From NCBI GenBank assembly GCA_041619515.1, contig JBFKDW010000006.1:1-63917 (forward strand): a stretch of 63,917 nucleotides of DNA. Direction: 5' to 3'. Below the pieces are notes generated by a model, which made no database searches, had not been told where the DNA came from, and worked only from the letters and a program-made list of their open reading frames with translations. Shown here piece by piece: positions 37,147-46,068 of this stretch. The stretch comes from Acidimicrobiia bacterium. GTDB taxonomy: Bacteria > Actinomycetota > Acidimicrobiia > Spongiisociales > SHLN01. The position numbers were made by a program, and so were the translations under genes. Numbering within the stretch: the stretch's first letter is position 1; each line of letters begins with the position of its first letter.

Positions 37147-37748
37147 TGGACCCCGTGCGGCGCATCGAGGGAACGATGGTGCCGCTGATGCGGTCCCATG
37201 TGGACACCGATCAGATCATCCCCAAGCAGTTCCTCAAACGGGTCGAACGGAGCGGCTTCGGGCCGTTCCTGTTCTACGACTGGGCGTTCGACTCCGAAGG
37301 CGAACGCCGTCCGGAGTTCGTGCTGAACCGACCGGAGTACCGATCCGCCCAGGTGCTGGTCACGGGGCCGAACTTCGGGTCGGGCTCTTCCCGCGAGCAC
37401 GCGCCGTGGGCGCTCCTTGACTGGGGGATTCGGGCGGTCATCGCCCCTTCCTTTGCCGACATCTTCCGCAACAACAGCTTCAAGAACGGGCTGCTGCCCA
37501 TCATCCTCGCCGATGAGGAGGTCGCGCGCCTCGCCGAGCTGGCAGCGGACCCGGCGTCGCACGTGGTCATCGACGTCGAAGCCGAGACCGTGACGGCAGG
37601 AGGCGAGACCGTTACGTTCGCATTGGATCCCTTCGTCAAGCACTGCTTGCTCAATGGGCTCGACGACATCGCCGTCACGCTCGAGAGCGAGCCCGACATC
37701 TCTTCGTTCGAGCTCGCCAGACCGGGGTTCAAGCCGAGCCTTGCATGA
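37146..37748 (+). CDS. leuD: 3-isopropylmalate dehydratase small subunit
   Basis: VDTDQIIPKQFLK, NFGSGSSREHAPWAL; TGATG coupling to leuC. Confidence 0.98.
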   Translation: MDPVRRIEGTMVPLMRSHVDTDQIIPKQFLKRVERSGFGPFLFYDWAFDSEGERRPEFVLNRPEYRSAQVLVTGPNFGSGSSREHAPWALLDWGIRAVIAPSFADIFRNNSFKNGLLPIILADEEVARLAELAADPASHVVIDVEAETVTAGGETVTFALDPFVKHCLLNGLDDIAVTLESEPDISSFELARPGFKPSLA

Positions 37749-39061
37749 AGCGCCTCGCCGTGATCGCAGCGCTCCTGGCCGCCTGCTCGAGCGCGGCCGG
37801 CTCCGGCTCGACCGTGGCGGCCACCACCACCGGTTCCGGCGCCCAACCATCGACGATCGCACCTGCACCGCCTGCGGTCGCTACCGTCTCGGTCCGTCTA
37901 TCCGATATCGAAGCGAGGGCGGCTACCGGCGCCACGGTGCAGGTCGGCCAGACCGTGCGGCTGGCACCCGGTGAGCGGGACCTGCTCCTCCTGCCCTTCG
38001 ACCGCCCCGTCACCCTCGCCGTCCACTATGTCGTCGACGAGACGAGCACGGGCCCGGCCTGGACCCAGGAGGTGCAGGCCGCGGCCGATGGCTCCACCGA
38101 GTTGATCATCGAGCAGCCGTGGCGCCGGACCGTGCCGGCGACAGAACCGATTGTGATGGCCTGGCAGGCGGCCGGAGACTCCGACGGCTATCTGGCGCAG
38201 CTCGCCGATGCCCCCGGGCTGACGGTCACCAGCCCCAAATGGTGGACGCTCGACGACGACGGCCTGCTGGTGGGGGAAACGGATCCCCACTTCGTGGCCG
38301 CCGCCCACGACATGGGGATCGAGGTGTGGCCGTACGTCACGAACGGGTTCGAGCCGGCCAGGACCCGCAAGGCTCTCGCCGATGAGCAGCGGCGCAGCGT
38401 GCTCGTAGCCCAGTTGTCGGGGGCGGCGCAGCTGGCGGGAGCCGACGGGATCAACGTTGATTTCGAAGCCTTCAGCTTCGTAGATCGGGATCATTTCACC
38501 GCCTTCGTCGCCCAGCTCGGCGAGTTCGTCCACTCCTGGGGTGGCGTCGTGTCGGTGGACATCACGGTGCGTACCCGGAACTTCGCCACTCTCTCGGAGG
38601 CCCGTGCCAATCTCTACGATCGCCGGGCGCTGGCCGAAGCTGCCGACTATCTAGCGCTGATGGCCTACGACGAGCACACCACAGTCCGCCCCTCCGGGCC
38701 CACCGCCTCGCAGGCCTGGACGGAGGATGCGGTCCATTGGCTGCTGCGCTACGCCGATCCCCACCAGATTCTGCTGGGAATCCCGCTCTATGCCCGAATC
38801 TGGGATCCCGAGGACCTCCCGCGGCCGCAGGTGGCAACCATCGGGACGGTAGTGGAGCTGAGCCGATCCCACCCGCGCACGTTCGACCCCGAGTTTGGAA
38901 TCGACCGGGTAGACATCGACGACGGCACGTACGTCTGGGCCGAGGATTACGACCACCTCGCCGTTCGCATGGCGTTCGCCCGCGAGGCGGGCCTGGCAGG
39001 GACGGCCCTCTGGCGCCTCGGCTTCGATACCCCCGAGGTCTGGCCCATCCTGGCGCCGTAG
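37745..39061 (+). CDS. GH18 (YaaH/YdhD-like) glycoside hydrolase lipoprotein
   Basis: Lipobox LAAC, DGINVDFE, LMAYDEH, LGIPLY, ALWRLG. Confidence 0.88.
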   Translation: MKRLAVIAALLAACSSAAGSGSTVAATTTGSGAQPSTIAPAPPAVATVSVRLSDIEARAATGATVQVGQTVRLAPGERDLLLLPFDRPVTLAVHYVVDETSTGPAWTQEVQAAADGSTELIIEQPWRRTVPATEPIVMAWQAAGDSDGYLAQLADAPGLTVTSPKWWTLDDDGLLVGETDPHFVAAAHDMGIEVWPYVTNGFEPARTRKALADEQRRSVLVAQLSGAAQLAGADGINVDFEAFSFVDRDHFTAFVAQLGEFVHSWGGVVSVDITVRTRNFATLSEARANLYDRRALAEAADYLALMAYDEHTTVRPSGPTASQAWTEDAVHWLLRYADPHQILLGIPLYARIWDPEDLPRPQVATIGTVVELSRSHPRTFDPEFGIDRVDIDDGTYVWAEDYDHLAVRMAFAREAGLAGTALWRLGFDTPEVWPILAP

Positions 39062-39112
39062 CCACCCTCCCGGCCGGCCTGCCCGGTCGAGGATCTCGAA
39101 GGCTCTCAGGCC

Positions 39113-40501
39113 TCAGGCGACGTCGCCCACCTCGAAATAGAGCGGCAGGCGAAGGGTGAAGACGCTCCACCCGCTGATGTACTCGTAGGTGAGATCGCCG
39201 CCCATGAGCCGGGCAAGCTGGCGGGATATCGACAAGCCGAGACCGACCGACCCCGGGAGGCCCAGCGCCAGATGGGCACGCTCGTACGGCTCGAACACCG
39301 TTTCGCGCTGCTCCTCGGCAATGCCGTCGCCGTTGTCCCATACGTAGACGAAGGCACCCTCGAGACTGGTTTTCGTTTCGATGCGGAGATGGCTGCCGCC
39401 GTACCTGATGGCATTGACGACGAGGTTTCGCAGGATCTGCCGAAAGCGAAGTGGGTCGGCGTTCGCCCATCCTTCCACCCGCGATGCGTCTACGACCACC
39501 CCGCGCTCGAGTGCCACCGCTTCCAGGACCATCGTCACCTCGGCGTGAATCTCGATCGGCATCCGCCGCACGACGACGGTTCCAATGTCGGCCCGGGCGG
39601 CGACCAGCAGATCTTCGATGAGGTGGGCGAGATCCCGGCTCTCGACGGCAATGAGGTCCAGCAGCTCTCTCTTCAGCTCGTCGTCGAGATCATTCCATTG
39701 CTCCTGCATGCTCTCGGCGGCTCCGAAGACGGTGGTGAGCGGCGTGCGGAGCTCGTGGCTCACGGCGGCCAGGAATTGATCCTTCGATCGGATCAAATCC
39801 GCCATCCGCTCCTCCGCCGCCTTCCGCGCCGTGATGTCGGCGATGGCAACGAGGACACGGGTCAGGTCCCGCTTCATACCCAGCGTCGGCGCCCTCCAGT
39901 GCAAGATCCCGTCGACGCGGTTGCCTCTGTGGGTCCTGGCCACCATCTCCCGATCATGGCGCGACTCGCCGTTCCACAAGACCTCCAGCTCGCCGATGGC
40001 CGCCGTCTTGTCGACGATCCCTTCGGGATCCAGGGGACCGAGCAGCTGGTCGCGAGACTCGGCCTCGAACAGCTCGGCGGCGGCGTGGTTGGCGTCACGC
40101 ACCAGGATGAGCGAGAGCGCATGATCCAACTCGGCCGGGTTGGCATCGAGGTACCGGCGCAGTTCGCGGACACCACTCTCCTTCAGCGCTCCGAGCCACG
40201 CTGCTGCCTCCGAGAAGTCTTCCTCCCACATGGCAATCGGTGAGTTGAGAAAGATGTTGCGGTAGTGGATCTCCGACAGTTCCACCCGGGAACGAGCGGT
40301 GGCCTCGAGCTGGTCGTACAGCTGCTGCATCTCCCGGGAGGAAAGGTCGAGCGATCGTTCCAGGAGATACCGGCTCCGGTCGGAGCTGTCGTAGAACGTG
40401 TTGATTCTGGCCAAGAAGGATGCCCACTGCTCCGGATCCTCCGGCGGGATGTTGGGGTCGAGCCCGAGCCTCCGGAGCTGTCGAGCGAGCACGGGGTTCA
40501 T
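39113..40501 (-). CDS. PAS-containing sensor histidine kinase
   Basis: WEEDFS PAS, DITARK, SHELRTPLT H-box, QILRNLVVNA, DNGDGI, GLGLSISR. Confidence 0.93.
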   Translation of the reverse strand: MNPVLARQLRRLGLDPNIPPEDPEQWASFLARINTFYDSSDRSRYLLERSLDLSSREMQQLYDQLEATARSRVELSEIHYRNIFLNSPIAMWEEDFSEAAAWLGALKESGVRELRRYLDANPAELDHALSLILVRDANHAAAELFEAESRDQLLGPLDPEGIVDKTAAIGELEVLWNGESRHDREMVARTHRGNRVDGILHWRAPTLGMKRDLTRVLVAIADITARKAAEERMADLIRSKDQFLAAVSHELRTPLTTVFGAAESMQEQWNDLDDELKRELLDLIAVESRDLAHLIEDLLVAARADIGTVVVRRMPIEIHAEVTMVLEAVALERGVVVDASRVEGWANADPLRFRQILRNLVVNAIRYGGSHLRIETKTSLEGAFVYVWDNGDGIAEEQRETVFEPYERAHLALGLPGSVGLGLSISRQLARLMGGDLTYEYISGWSVFTLRLPLYFEVGDVA

Positions 40502-41625
40502 CGCCGTTCGGCCACCACCGTCAACGTCATCGTTTGATTGTGCAGGTCACAGGTGCCTCCGGTGTACGGCGACATCTCCCCGTAGGAGTAGAAGCCCACC
40601 TGGTGGGTGCCTTCAGGCAGCGCATGACGTACAGCCTCGAGCTCGTCTTCGGTACGCTCGCCGAGTACGAGGCGGCGCCCCACACACGAGATGGCGAGCG
40701 TCAGGTAGGGGCCCGGTACGTCTCCGACGAGAGCGGACTCGGCTGCTGATTCAGCCCCGCCGACCAGCCGGTCGAAGTTGGCTTGCATGAGCTGGGCTCG
40801 ATGGCCTTCCGGAATATCCCCGGCGAACGTGAGCGACCGCGTCTCCTCGTCGACCGCCAGGATGGTCCGGACCAGTTGCTTGTCGTCGTCTTCGCTGGCA
40901 CGCAGCGCCAGCGGAAAGAGGAGGCCGGTGGCGGGGAGGCCGGAGGCGAGCTCACCCAGGTAATTCTTGTAGAGCTCGAGGGCCGGCTCGCCGTCCAGCT
41001 CGAACAGCACGTTGTCGCGTGACCGGGTGACGATGCGCTCCGGACCGAAACGGTCCCATCCACCCTGGGATCCGTGTCCGACGTGAACTTGCTCCCCGTA
41101 GAAGCCGACTGCGGTCACGAAGCCGGGCACCGGCTTGCCGTCGACCAGTGTCCAGGTCTGCTCGAAGCGGTCCCCGTCCCCGGCCAGGCCCCCGGTGATG
41201 ACGATTCCGGGAAGCCGTCCGTTGAGGCCCTCCGCCAGATCCGTCCCGTTCACGTCCAGCCCCTCCGACAGCACGAACACCGCGGCCAAATCCGGGGCAG
41301 CCAGCTGGCCGGCGAGTGACGAACCTGCCATGCGAGACGTGCCGGACGATATCGGGCTGACCGCCACCTGCAGGCCGGTGCGATCGAATCGGGCGATCGC
41401 CACCGACAGCGAATCGTCTGCCAGCGTGTCGTCGAAGATCTCGCCAGAGGAGGAACACCCGATGATGTGGCTGGTTGGGAAGGCACTGACGAGCTCGCCA
41501 ATCGGGTCCGGGTCGTCGACGAACGACGAAGCACCAAAGACCGTTATCAGCGTCCGGCCCGAGTCGAGTGCCGGGAACGGCCGCGACCAGGTGCGTCCGT
41601 TGAAGCGCAGCATCTCAATGTCCAT
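40498..41625 (-). CDS. FIST (NosP-like) sensory domain protein
   Basis: IIGCSSSGEI, ITGGLAGDG, ELDGEPAL, ISCVGRR, GFYSYGE, LHNQTMT. Confidence 0.93.
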   Translation of the reverse strand: MDIEMLRFNGRTWSRPFPALDSGRTLITVFGASSFVDDPDPIGELVSAFPTSHIIGCSSSGEIFDDTLADDSLSVAIARFDRTGLQVAVSPISSGTSRMAGSSLAGQLAAPDLAAVFVLSEGLDVNGTDLAEGLNGRLPGIVITGGLAGDGDRFEQTWTLVDGKPVPGFVTAVGFYGEQVHVGHGSQGGWDRFGPERIVTRSRDNVLFELDGEPALELYKNYLGELASGLPATGLLFPLALRASEDDDKQLVRTILAVDEETRSLTFAGDIPEGHRAQLMQANFDRLVGGAESAAESALVGDVPGPYLTLAISCVGRRLVLGERTEDELEAVRHALPEGTHQVGFYSYGEMSPYTGGTCDLHNQTMTLTVVAERR

Positions 41626-41755
41626 GGAAACCTCACAGGAGACGTAGCTATGACATCGGCGGGAACGGCTCCGATCATGAGGAATCCCCTCCGGAAAACG
41701 GCTGATTGGGCTCCCGCGCCACCTTGAGCGGGGGCCCGGCTAGCCTCCATCTCTC

Positions 41756-42094
41756 ATGAGAACACTCCACCTGCTCGCCGACCTCATCGACGAGCTCCCG
41801 CCGGACGTAGTGGAGGACCTGCCGCCCAGCGTCATCGACCAGATTCGGCGCGAAGGCCTCGAGAAGCTGCCGGACAACATCGTCGATCAGCTCCCCGAAT
41901 CGGTCGTCGACCGCATCCCGTCGGAGTTCCTGGCCGCGGCAGGCAGTAACCCGGCGTTGACCGCCTTCCTGGTGATTGTCGGCATTCTCGCCATCATCGG
42001 GTTCTTCTACGGCGTAGCCAAGAGCGCCTTCAAGGCTGCCCTGTTCTTCGGGGTCGTGGCGGCCGGGGCCTGGTTCTGGTTCTTCAACGCCTAG
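41756..42094 (+). CDS. Small membrane protein with acidic 8-residue LP repeats and 2 TM helices
   Basis: LIDELPPD/VVEDLPPS/...IVDQLPES/VVDRIPSE followed by two hydrophobic segments. Confidence 0.75.
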   Translation: MRTLHLLADLIDELPPDVVEDLPPSVIDQIRREGLEKLPDNIVDQLPESVVDRIPSEFLAAAGSNPALTAFLVIVGILAIIGFFYGVAKSAFKAALFFGVVAAGAWFWFFNA

Positions 42095-42187
42095 CTGCCG
42101 CCGGGCCTCACGCCGTAGCCGGCGTGCCGGAGATCCGCACCGGTCGCCGGCAAACGACTGTTTTTCGAGCATCGCCGCACAGGCTTC

Positions 42188-42976
42188 CTACGCCCATTCC
42201 CCGCGAGCCTCCAGGAGTTGTCTCAGCAGGTCGGGACGATCCGTGATGAGGGCGTGGATTCCCCGGTCGAGCAGGCGGGCCATCTGGCCGGGATCGTTGA
42301 CGGTCCACACATGCACCTGACGGCCGCCGGCCTCCGCCGCTTCCACCAGTTTGCGGTCGGCCAGCTCGAGAAACGCAAAACTCTCGGGTATCTGGAGGGC
42401 ATCGGCCTTGGTTGCGAGCGACCTGCCCAGTCGCGCCGCCGCCCACAGCGCCATGGTCTCGGCCGGTCCCGACGACGTCGCCACCCGCCCGTTGCTGGCA
42501 GAGCGAAAACGCGCCAGGCGAACGTCGGAGAATCCGCCCACGATGACCTGATCCTCGAGCCCGCGCCGGCGCAGGTACCCGGCGACATCGGCCTCCAAAC
42601 CCGACTGCTTCAGGTCGACCACGAGGCGGATAGACGGAAAGGCATCGAAGAGCTCGTCGAGGCTGGGAATGCGAACACCCTGGCCCCGGCGCGGATATCC
42701 GTGGTGGGGCGCGAAGCGATACCCGGCGTCGAGCTCCCCAATCTCGGCCCACGTCTTGCCTGCCACCGGCCCGGTGCCGTCGGTGGTGCGGTCCACTGCG
42801 TCGTCATGGAGCAACACGAGCACGCCATCGCTCGTGCGGTGCAGGTCGCTCTCGAGGAAGCGGTATCCCAGGTCAACCGCACCCTGAAAGGCCTCCATGG
42901 TGTTCTCGGGCCAGAGCAGCCGGCTGCCCCGGTGTGCAATCGCGAACGGCGTCGGTTCGGAGAAAACAGCCCTCAT
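42188..42976 (-). CDS. Glycerophosphodiester phosphodiesterase
   Basis: IAHRG, PENTMEAF, ESDLHRTSDG, HD, VWTVND, LITDRPD. Confidence 0.93.
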   Translation of the reverse strand: MRAVFSEPTPFAIAHRGSRLLWPENTMEAFQGAVDLGYRFLESDLHRTSDGVLVLLHDDAVDRTTDGTGPVAGKTWAEIGELDAGYRFAPHHGYPRRGQGVRIPSLDELFDAFPSIRLVVDLKQSGLEADVAGYLRRRGLEDQVIVGGFSDVRLARFRSASNGRVATSSGPAETMALWAAARLGRSLATKADALQIPESFAFLELADRKLVEAAEAGGRQVHVWTVNDPGQMARLLDRGIHALITDRPDLLRQLLEARGEWA

Positions 42977-43109
42977 CGGCGCCAGGCTACCGGGTCCCGA
43001 CCCAACCGGTCGCCAACGACCCCGACAGGGCCTGGTGGCACCTGGGATCGGACTGCCGACACCTTCCGATTGCCAGAAAGCGCCGGGTCGAGATGGTCGG
43101 CCGGCGCGC

Positions 43110-44084
43110 CTAGCCCTTCACCGAGCCGGCGGTGATGCCTCTGACGAAGAAACGCTGCAGGGCGAAGAACACGACGAGCGGCACCACCGTGATCACGAAC
43201 GCACCGGCCGAGAGCAGGTGCTCGCGATCGTTGAACTCGCCGGCCAGCGACGCCACCACGATGGTGGCCGGGAGCGCCTCTCGATTCCCGCCGATCATCG
43301 TCAGGGCGATGAGGTAGTCGTTCCAGGTCCAGAGGAACTGGAAGATGGCGAAGGCGGCCAGCACCGGAACCGACAGGGGCAGAACAAGCCGGAAGAACAC
43401 TTTGAAGTGGTCGGCACCATCGATGGCAGCCGACTCGAACAGGTCCCGTGGCAGACCGGCGATGTAGTTGTGGAGCAAGAAGATGGCGAAGGGCATGGCG
43501 AAGCCCGTGTGGGTGAGCCACACGGCGGGTATCTCCCCCGATAATCCGAGGTCCGGGAATAGGGTCACGGTTCGCTCGATGAATGGGACCGTCCAAGCGA
43601 CGCCATTCGAGTAGGCCGACAAGAGCGGGATGAGAGAAACCTGGGTCGGTACCGCCAACAGGGCGACGGTTGCGATGAAGAGCCACTCGCGGCCCTTGAA
43701 GTCGATCCAGGCGAATGCGTACGCAGCGAATGCAGCAATCGCAATGGGAATGATCGTGGCAACGATTGCGATGGCCGCAGAGTTGAGGAGGGCATTGCCC
43801 AGACCGGATCCGGTTTCGGGAAAGAGCACGTCCTGGTAGTTCCGGAGAATGGGGAAGTCGTCGTCGCCGAAGGCGGTCCAGAAGCCGCTCGCCCGCTGCG
43901 CCTCGCGGGTCCGAAAGGAGTTCACGAAGAGAGAGAACGTCGGGATCGTCCAGATGATCACGAGGATCCAGAGGAACCAGGTCGGGATGGAGCGAAGGAA
44001 CCCGTAGATGCGCTTGCCGAGGGGACGACGTCCGGTGAGGCCGCCGACGGCGGGAGCCGTTCGATCGACGGTGGTCGTCGTCAT
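43110..44084 (-). CDS. Carbohydrate ABC transporter permease (AglG/MalG-like)
   Basis: AAFAAYAFAW, ESAAIDGA EAA loop, QFLWTWND, FVRGITAGSVKG. Confidence 0.93.
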   Translation of the reverse strand: MTTTTVDRTAPAVGGLTGRRPLGKRIYGFLRSIPTWFLWILVIIWTIPTFSLFVNSFRTREAQRASGFWTAFGDDDFPILRNYQDVLFPETGSGLGNALLNSAAIAIVATIIPIAIAAFAAYAFAWIDFKGREWLFIATVALLAVPTQVSLIPLLSAYSNGVAWTVPFIERTVTLFPDLGLSGEIPAVWLTHTGFAMPFAIFLLHNYIAGLPRDLFESAAIDGADHFKVFFRLVLPLSVPVLAAFAIFQFLWTWNDYLIALTMIGGNREALPATIVVASLAGEFNDREHLLSAGAFVITVVPLVVFFALQRFFVRGITAGSVKG

Positions 44085-45979
44085 CCCAGCCTCTCCCTCT
44101 GCATGCGGCGGATATTGATGAACATGACGGGCAGGACCGCTACGAACAGGACCACCGCCACCGCCGACCCCAGGCCGAAGTCGAGCTGGGTGAAGGCCCT
44201 CTCCCACATCTCGTTGGCCAGAACCTGGGTGTCGAAGTTGCCGTTGGTCATGACCTTGGGGATGTCGAAGACTCGGAGCACGGTGACGATGAAGGTCGTG
44301 ACCACCACCCCGATCGTCGGGTAGATCTGGGGAACGGTCACCCGCCAGAACGTCTGCGCCTCGGTAGCCCCGTCGATGCGGGAGGCCTCAAGCAGGTCTT
44401 CCGGTACCGCTTTGATCGCGGCGGAGAATATGACCATGGCAAACCCGGTCTGAATCCAGATGAATACCACCATCATCCAGAAGTTGTTGAACGGATTCTC
44501 CTGGATGAACAGCACGGGGTCGCCGACGATCTGACCCGTGACCTCGTCAGTCTTGAACCCACCCAGCCCGGGCCCGACGAACCGGTATATGAGCCAACCG
44601 ATGCCGGCCGCCGATACCAGCGAGCCGGTGAGGATCGCACTCGACTCGGCCTGCCAACCCCGCCAGGCGAGATACAGCAGCGCAGCAGCGATGACGCCGA
44701 GGATGACCGAGATGACGGTAGTGGCGGAGGTCGAGTTGCTCCACTTGCCGATCTGAACCCACAGAGTGTTCAAGACGCCCGACTGCGCCTCCTGCGGGGG
44801 GCGAGCGACGTAGATCAAGCGCCAAATGATGCCGGCGCCGACAAAGCTGATCGCCATCGGTAAGAAGATCAGCGACTTGGCGATGTTCTCGCCCTTGGCG
44901 CGGTCGGCGAGCACCGCCACGGCCAGGCCAAGCCCAACGGCGAAGATGATGACGGCGAAGATCCACCAGATGTTGTTGGAGATGGTTCCCCGGATGACGG
45001 TGAACACGGCGAAACCGAGCAGCGTCACCCCGCCGGCGAGCATCGAGACGCTGCCTGCCCCGGCTGAGAAATTGGCACCGATCTGTCTGCCGAGTACCCG
45101 TCCGGCGATGAGGCCGCCACCAATCAGAAGGAGCCCAACCCAGAAGAGCCGACTCGTGAAGAGACCGCTTGCGTCGTCGAAGTCGATGATGTTGGGATCG
45201 GAGAAGATGTCGGCGTAGTTGGTGAGCCCGTTCCAACGCAGGTCCCGGGGGGACCCTGTGAGAAACCCCAGCCAGATCGTGCGTATCAGCGGGATGACCA
45301 GAGTGGCGCCGACAAAGATCAACGCAGGGGCCAGGAAAATATACTTGCGGCTGGCGACAGCCACGTCGCCGCGACGGATCGGGTCCGGATGCTGCCAACG
45401 ACCCAGTGCCCCGCCCAGGGTCAGCCCCAGAACGAGTGCGACGATAACCAACTCGACGCGTGAGCCGTCGAAATCAGCCGCCAGCCAGCCTCCAAACAAC
45501 CACCCGACGGCCGTCCCCGCCAGCACCCGCTGCACCATCGTCTCCCGGCCGTTGCGGCTCAGGGCCCACCAGCCGTAGCCGAGCGCAGCCCCAACCGCCA
45601 CCCCGATGACGATGCTCACCGGCTCCAGCGAAGGCGCATAGTCGGTCTTGACCGTCAGGCCGAGGAGGAGGCCGATCGCACCGCCACCCGCGAGACCGAT
45701 GACCATACGCCGGCCGGGATCCTCCACCGACCCGAGGAGGTAGCCCACTCCGGTAGCGATGGCTATGCCGATGAGCGTCACCAGAACGGGAAGTTCTAGA
45801 AGCCGATTTCCCCAGAGGATCAAGAAAACGGCCGCCGACAGCGCAGCACCGACGATGGCGTTGAACCACGAGAAGCGCTTCTCGGTCAGGTCGAAGAGCT
45901 TGTTGATGCCGATGAAGACAACCGCGCTCAAGCCGACAGCGGCGACAATGCCGATGGCGGTGGCTAGCAGACGGTTCAG
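44081..45979 (-). CDS. Carbohydrate ABC transporter permease (AglF/MalF-like) with extended N-terminal membrane region
   Basis: KSLIFLPMAISFVGA, WIQTGFAMV, EASRIDGA. First canonical start is TTG 45931; the proposed start is CTG 45979 after GGAG. Confidence 0.9.
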   Translation of the reverse strand: MNRLLATAIGIVAAVGLSAVVFIGINKLFDLTEKRFSWFNAIVGAALSAAVFLILWGNRLLELPVLVTLIGIAIATGVGYLLGSVEDPGRRMVIGLAGGGAIGLLLGLTVKTDYAPSLEPVSIVIGVAVGAALGYGWWALSRNGRETMVQRVLAGTAVGWLFGGWLAADFDGSRVELVIVALVLGLTLGGALGRWQHPDPIRRGDVAVASRKYIFLAPALIFVGATLVIPLIRTIWLGFLTGSPRDLRWNGLTNYADIFSDPNIIDFDDASGLFTSRLFWVGLLLIGGGLIAGRVLGRQIGANFSAGAGSVSMLAGGVTLLGFAVFTVIRGTISNNIWWIFAVIIFAVGLGLAVAVLADRAKGENIAKSLIFLPMAISFVGAGIIWRLIYVARPPQEAQSGVLNTLWVQIGKWSNSTSATTVISVILGVIAAALLYLAWRGWQAESSAILTGSLVSAAGIGWLIYRFVGPGLGGFKTDEVTGQIVGDPVLFIQENPFNNFWMMVVFIWIQTGFAMVIFSAAIKAVPEDLLEASRIDGATEAQTFWRVTVPQIYPTIGVVVTTFIVTVLRVFDIPKVMTNGNFDTQVLANEMWERAFTQLDFGLGSAVAVVLFVAVLPVMFINIRRMQRERLG

Positions 45980-46013
45980 TGTGGCTCCCTGCCCGTGGTT
46001 TTCAACAACCTAG

Positions 46014-46046
46014 ACGAAACCGGCCTGCGATGCAGGCCGGTTTCGT
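46014..46046. terminator. Perfect 15-bp intercistronic stem-loop after the binding-protein gene
   Basis: acgaaaccggcctgc-gat-gcaggccggtttcgt. Confidence 0.75.
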
Positions 46047-46068
46047 GTTCGGTCCTCGGATGTCGTGG

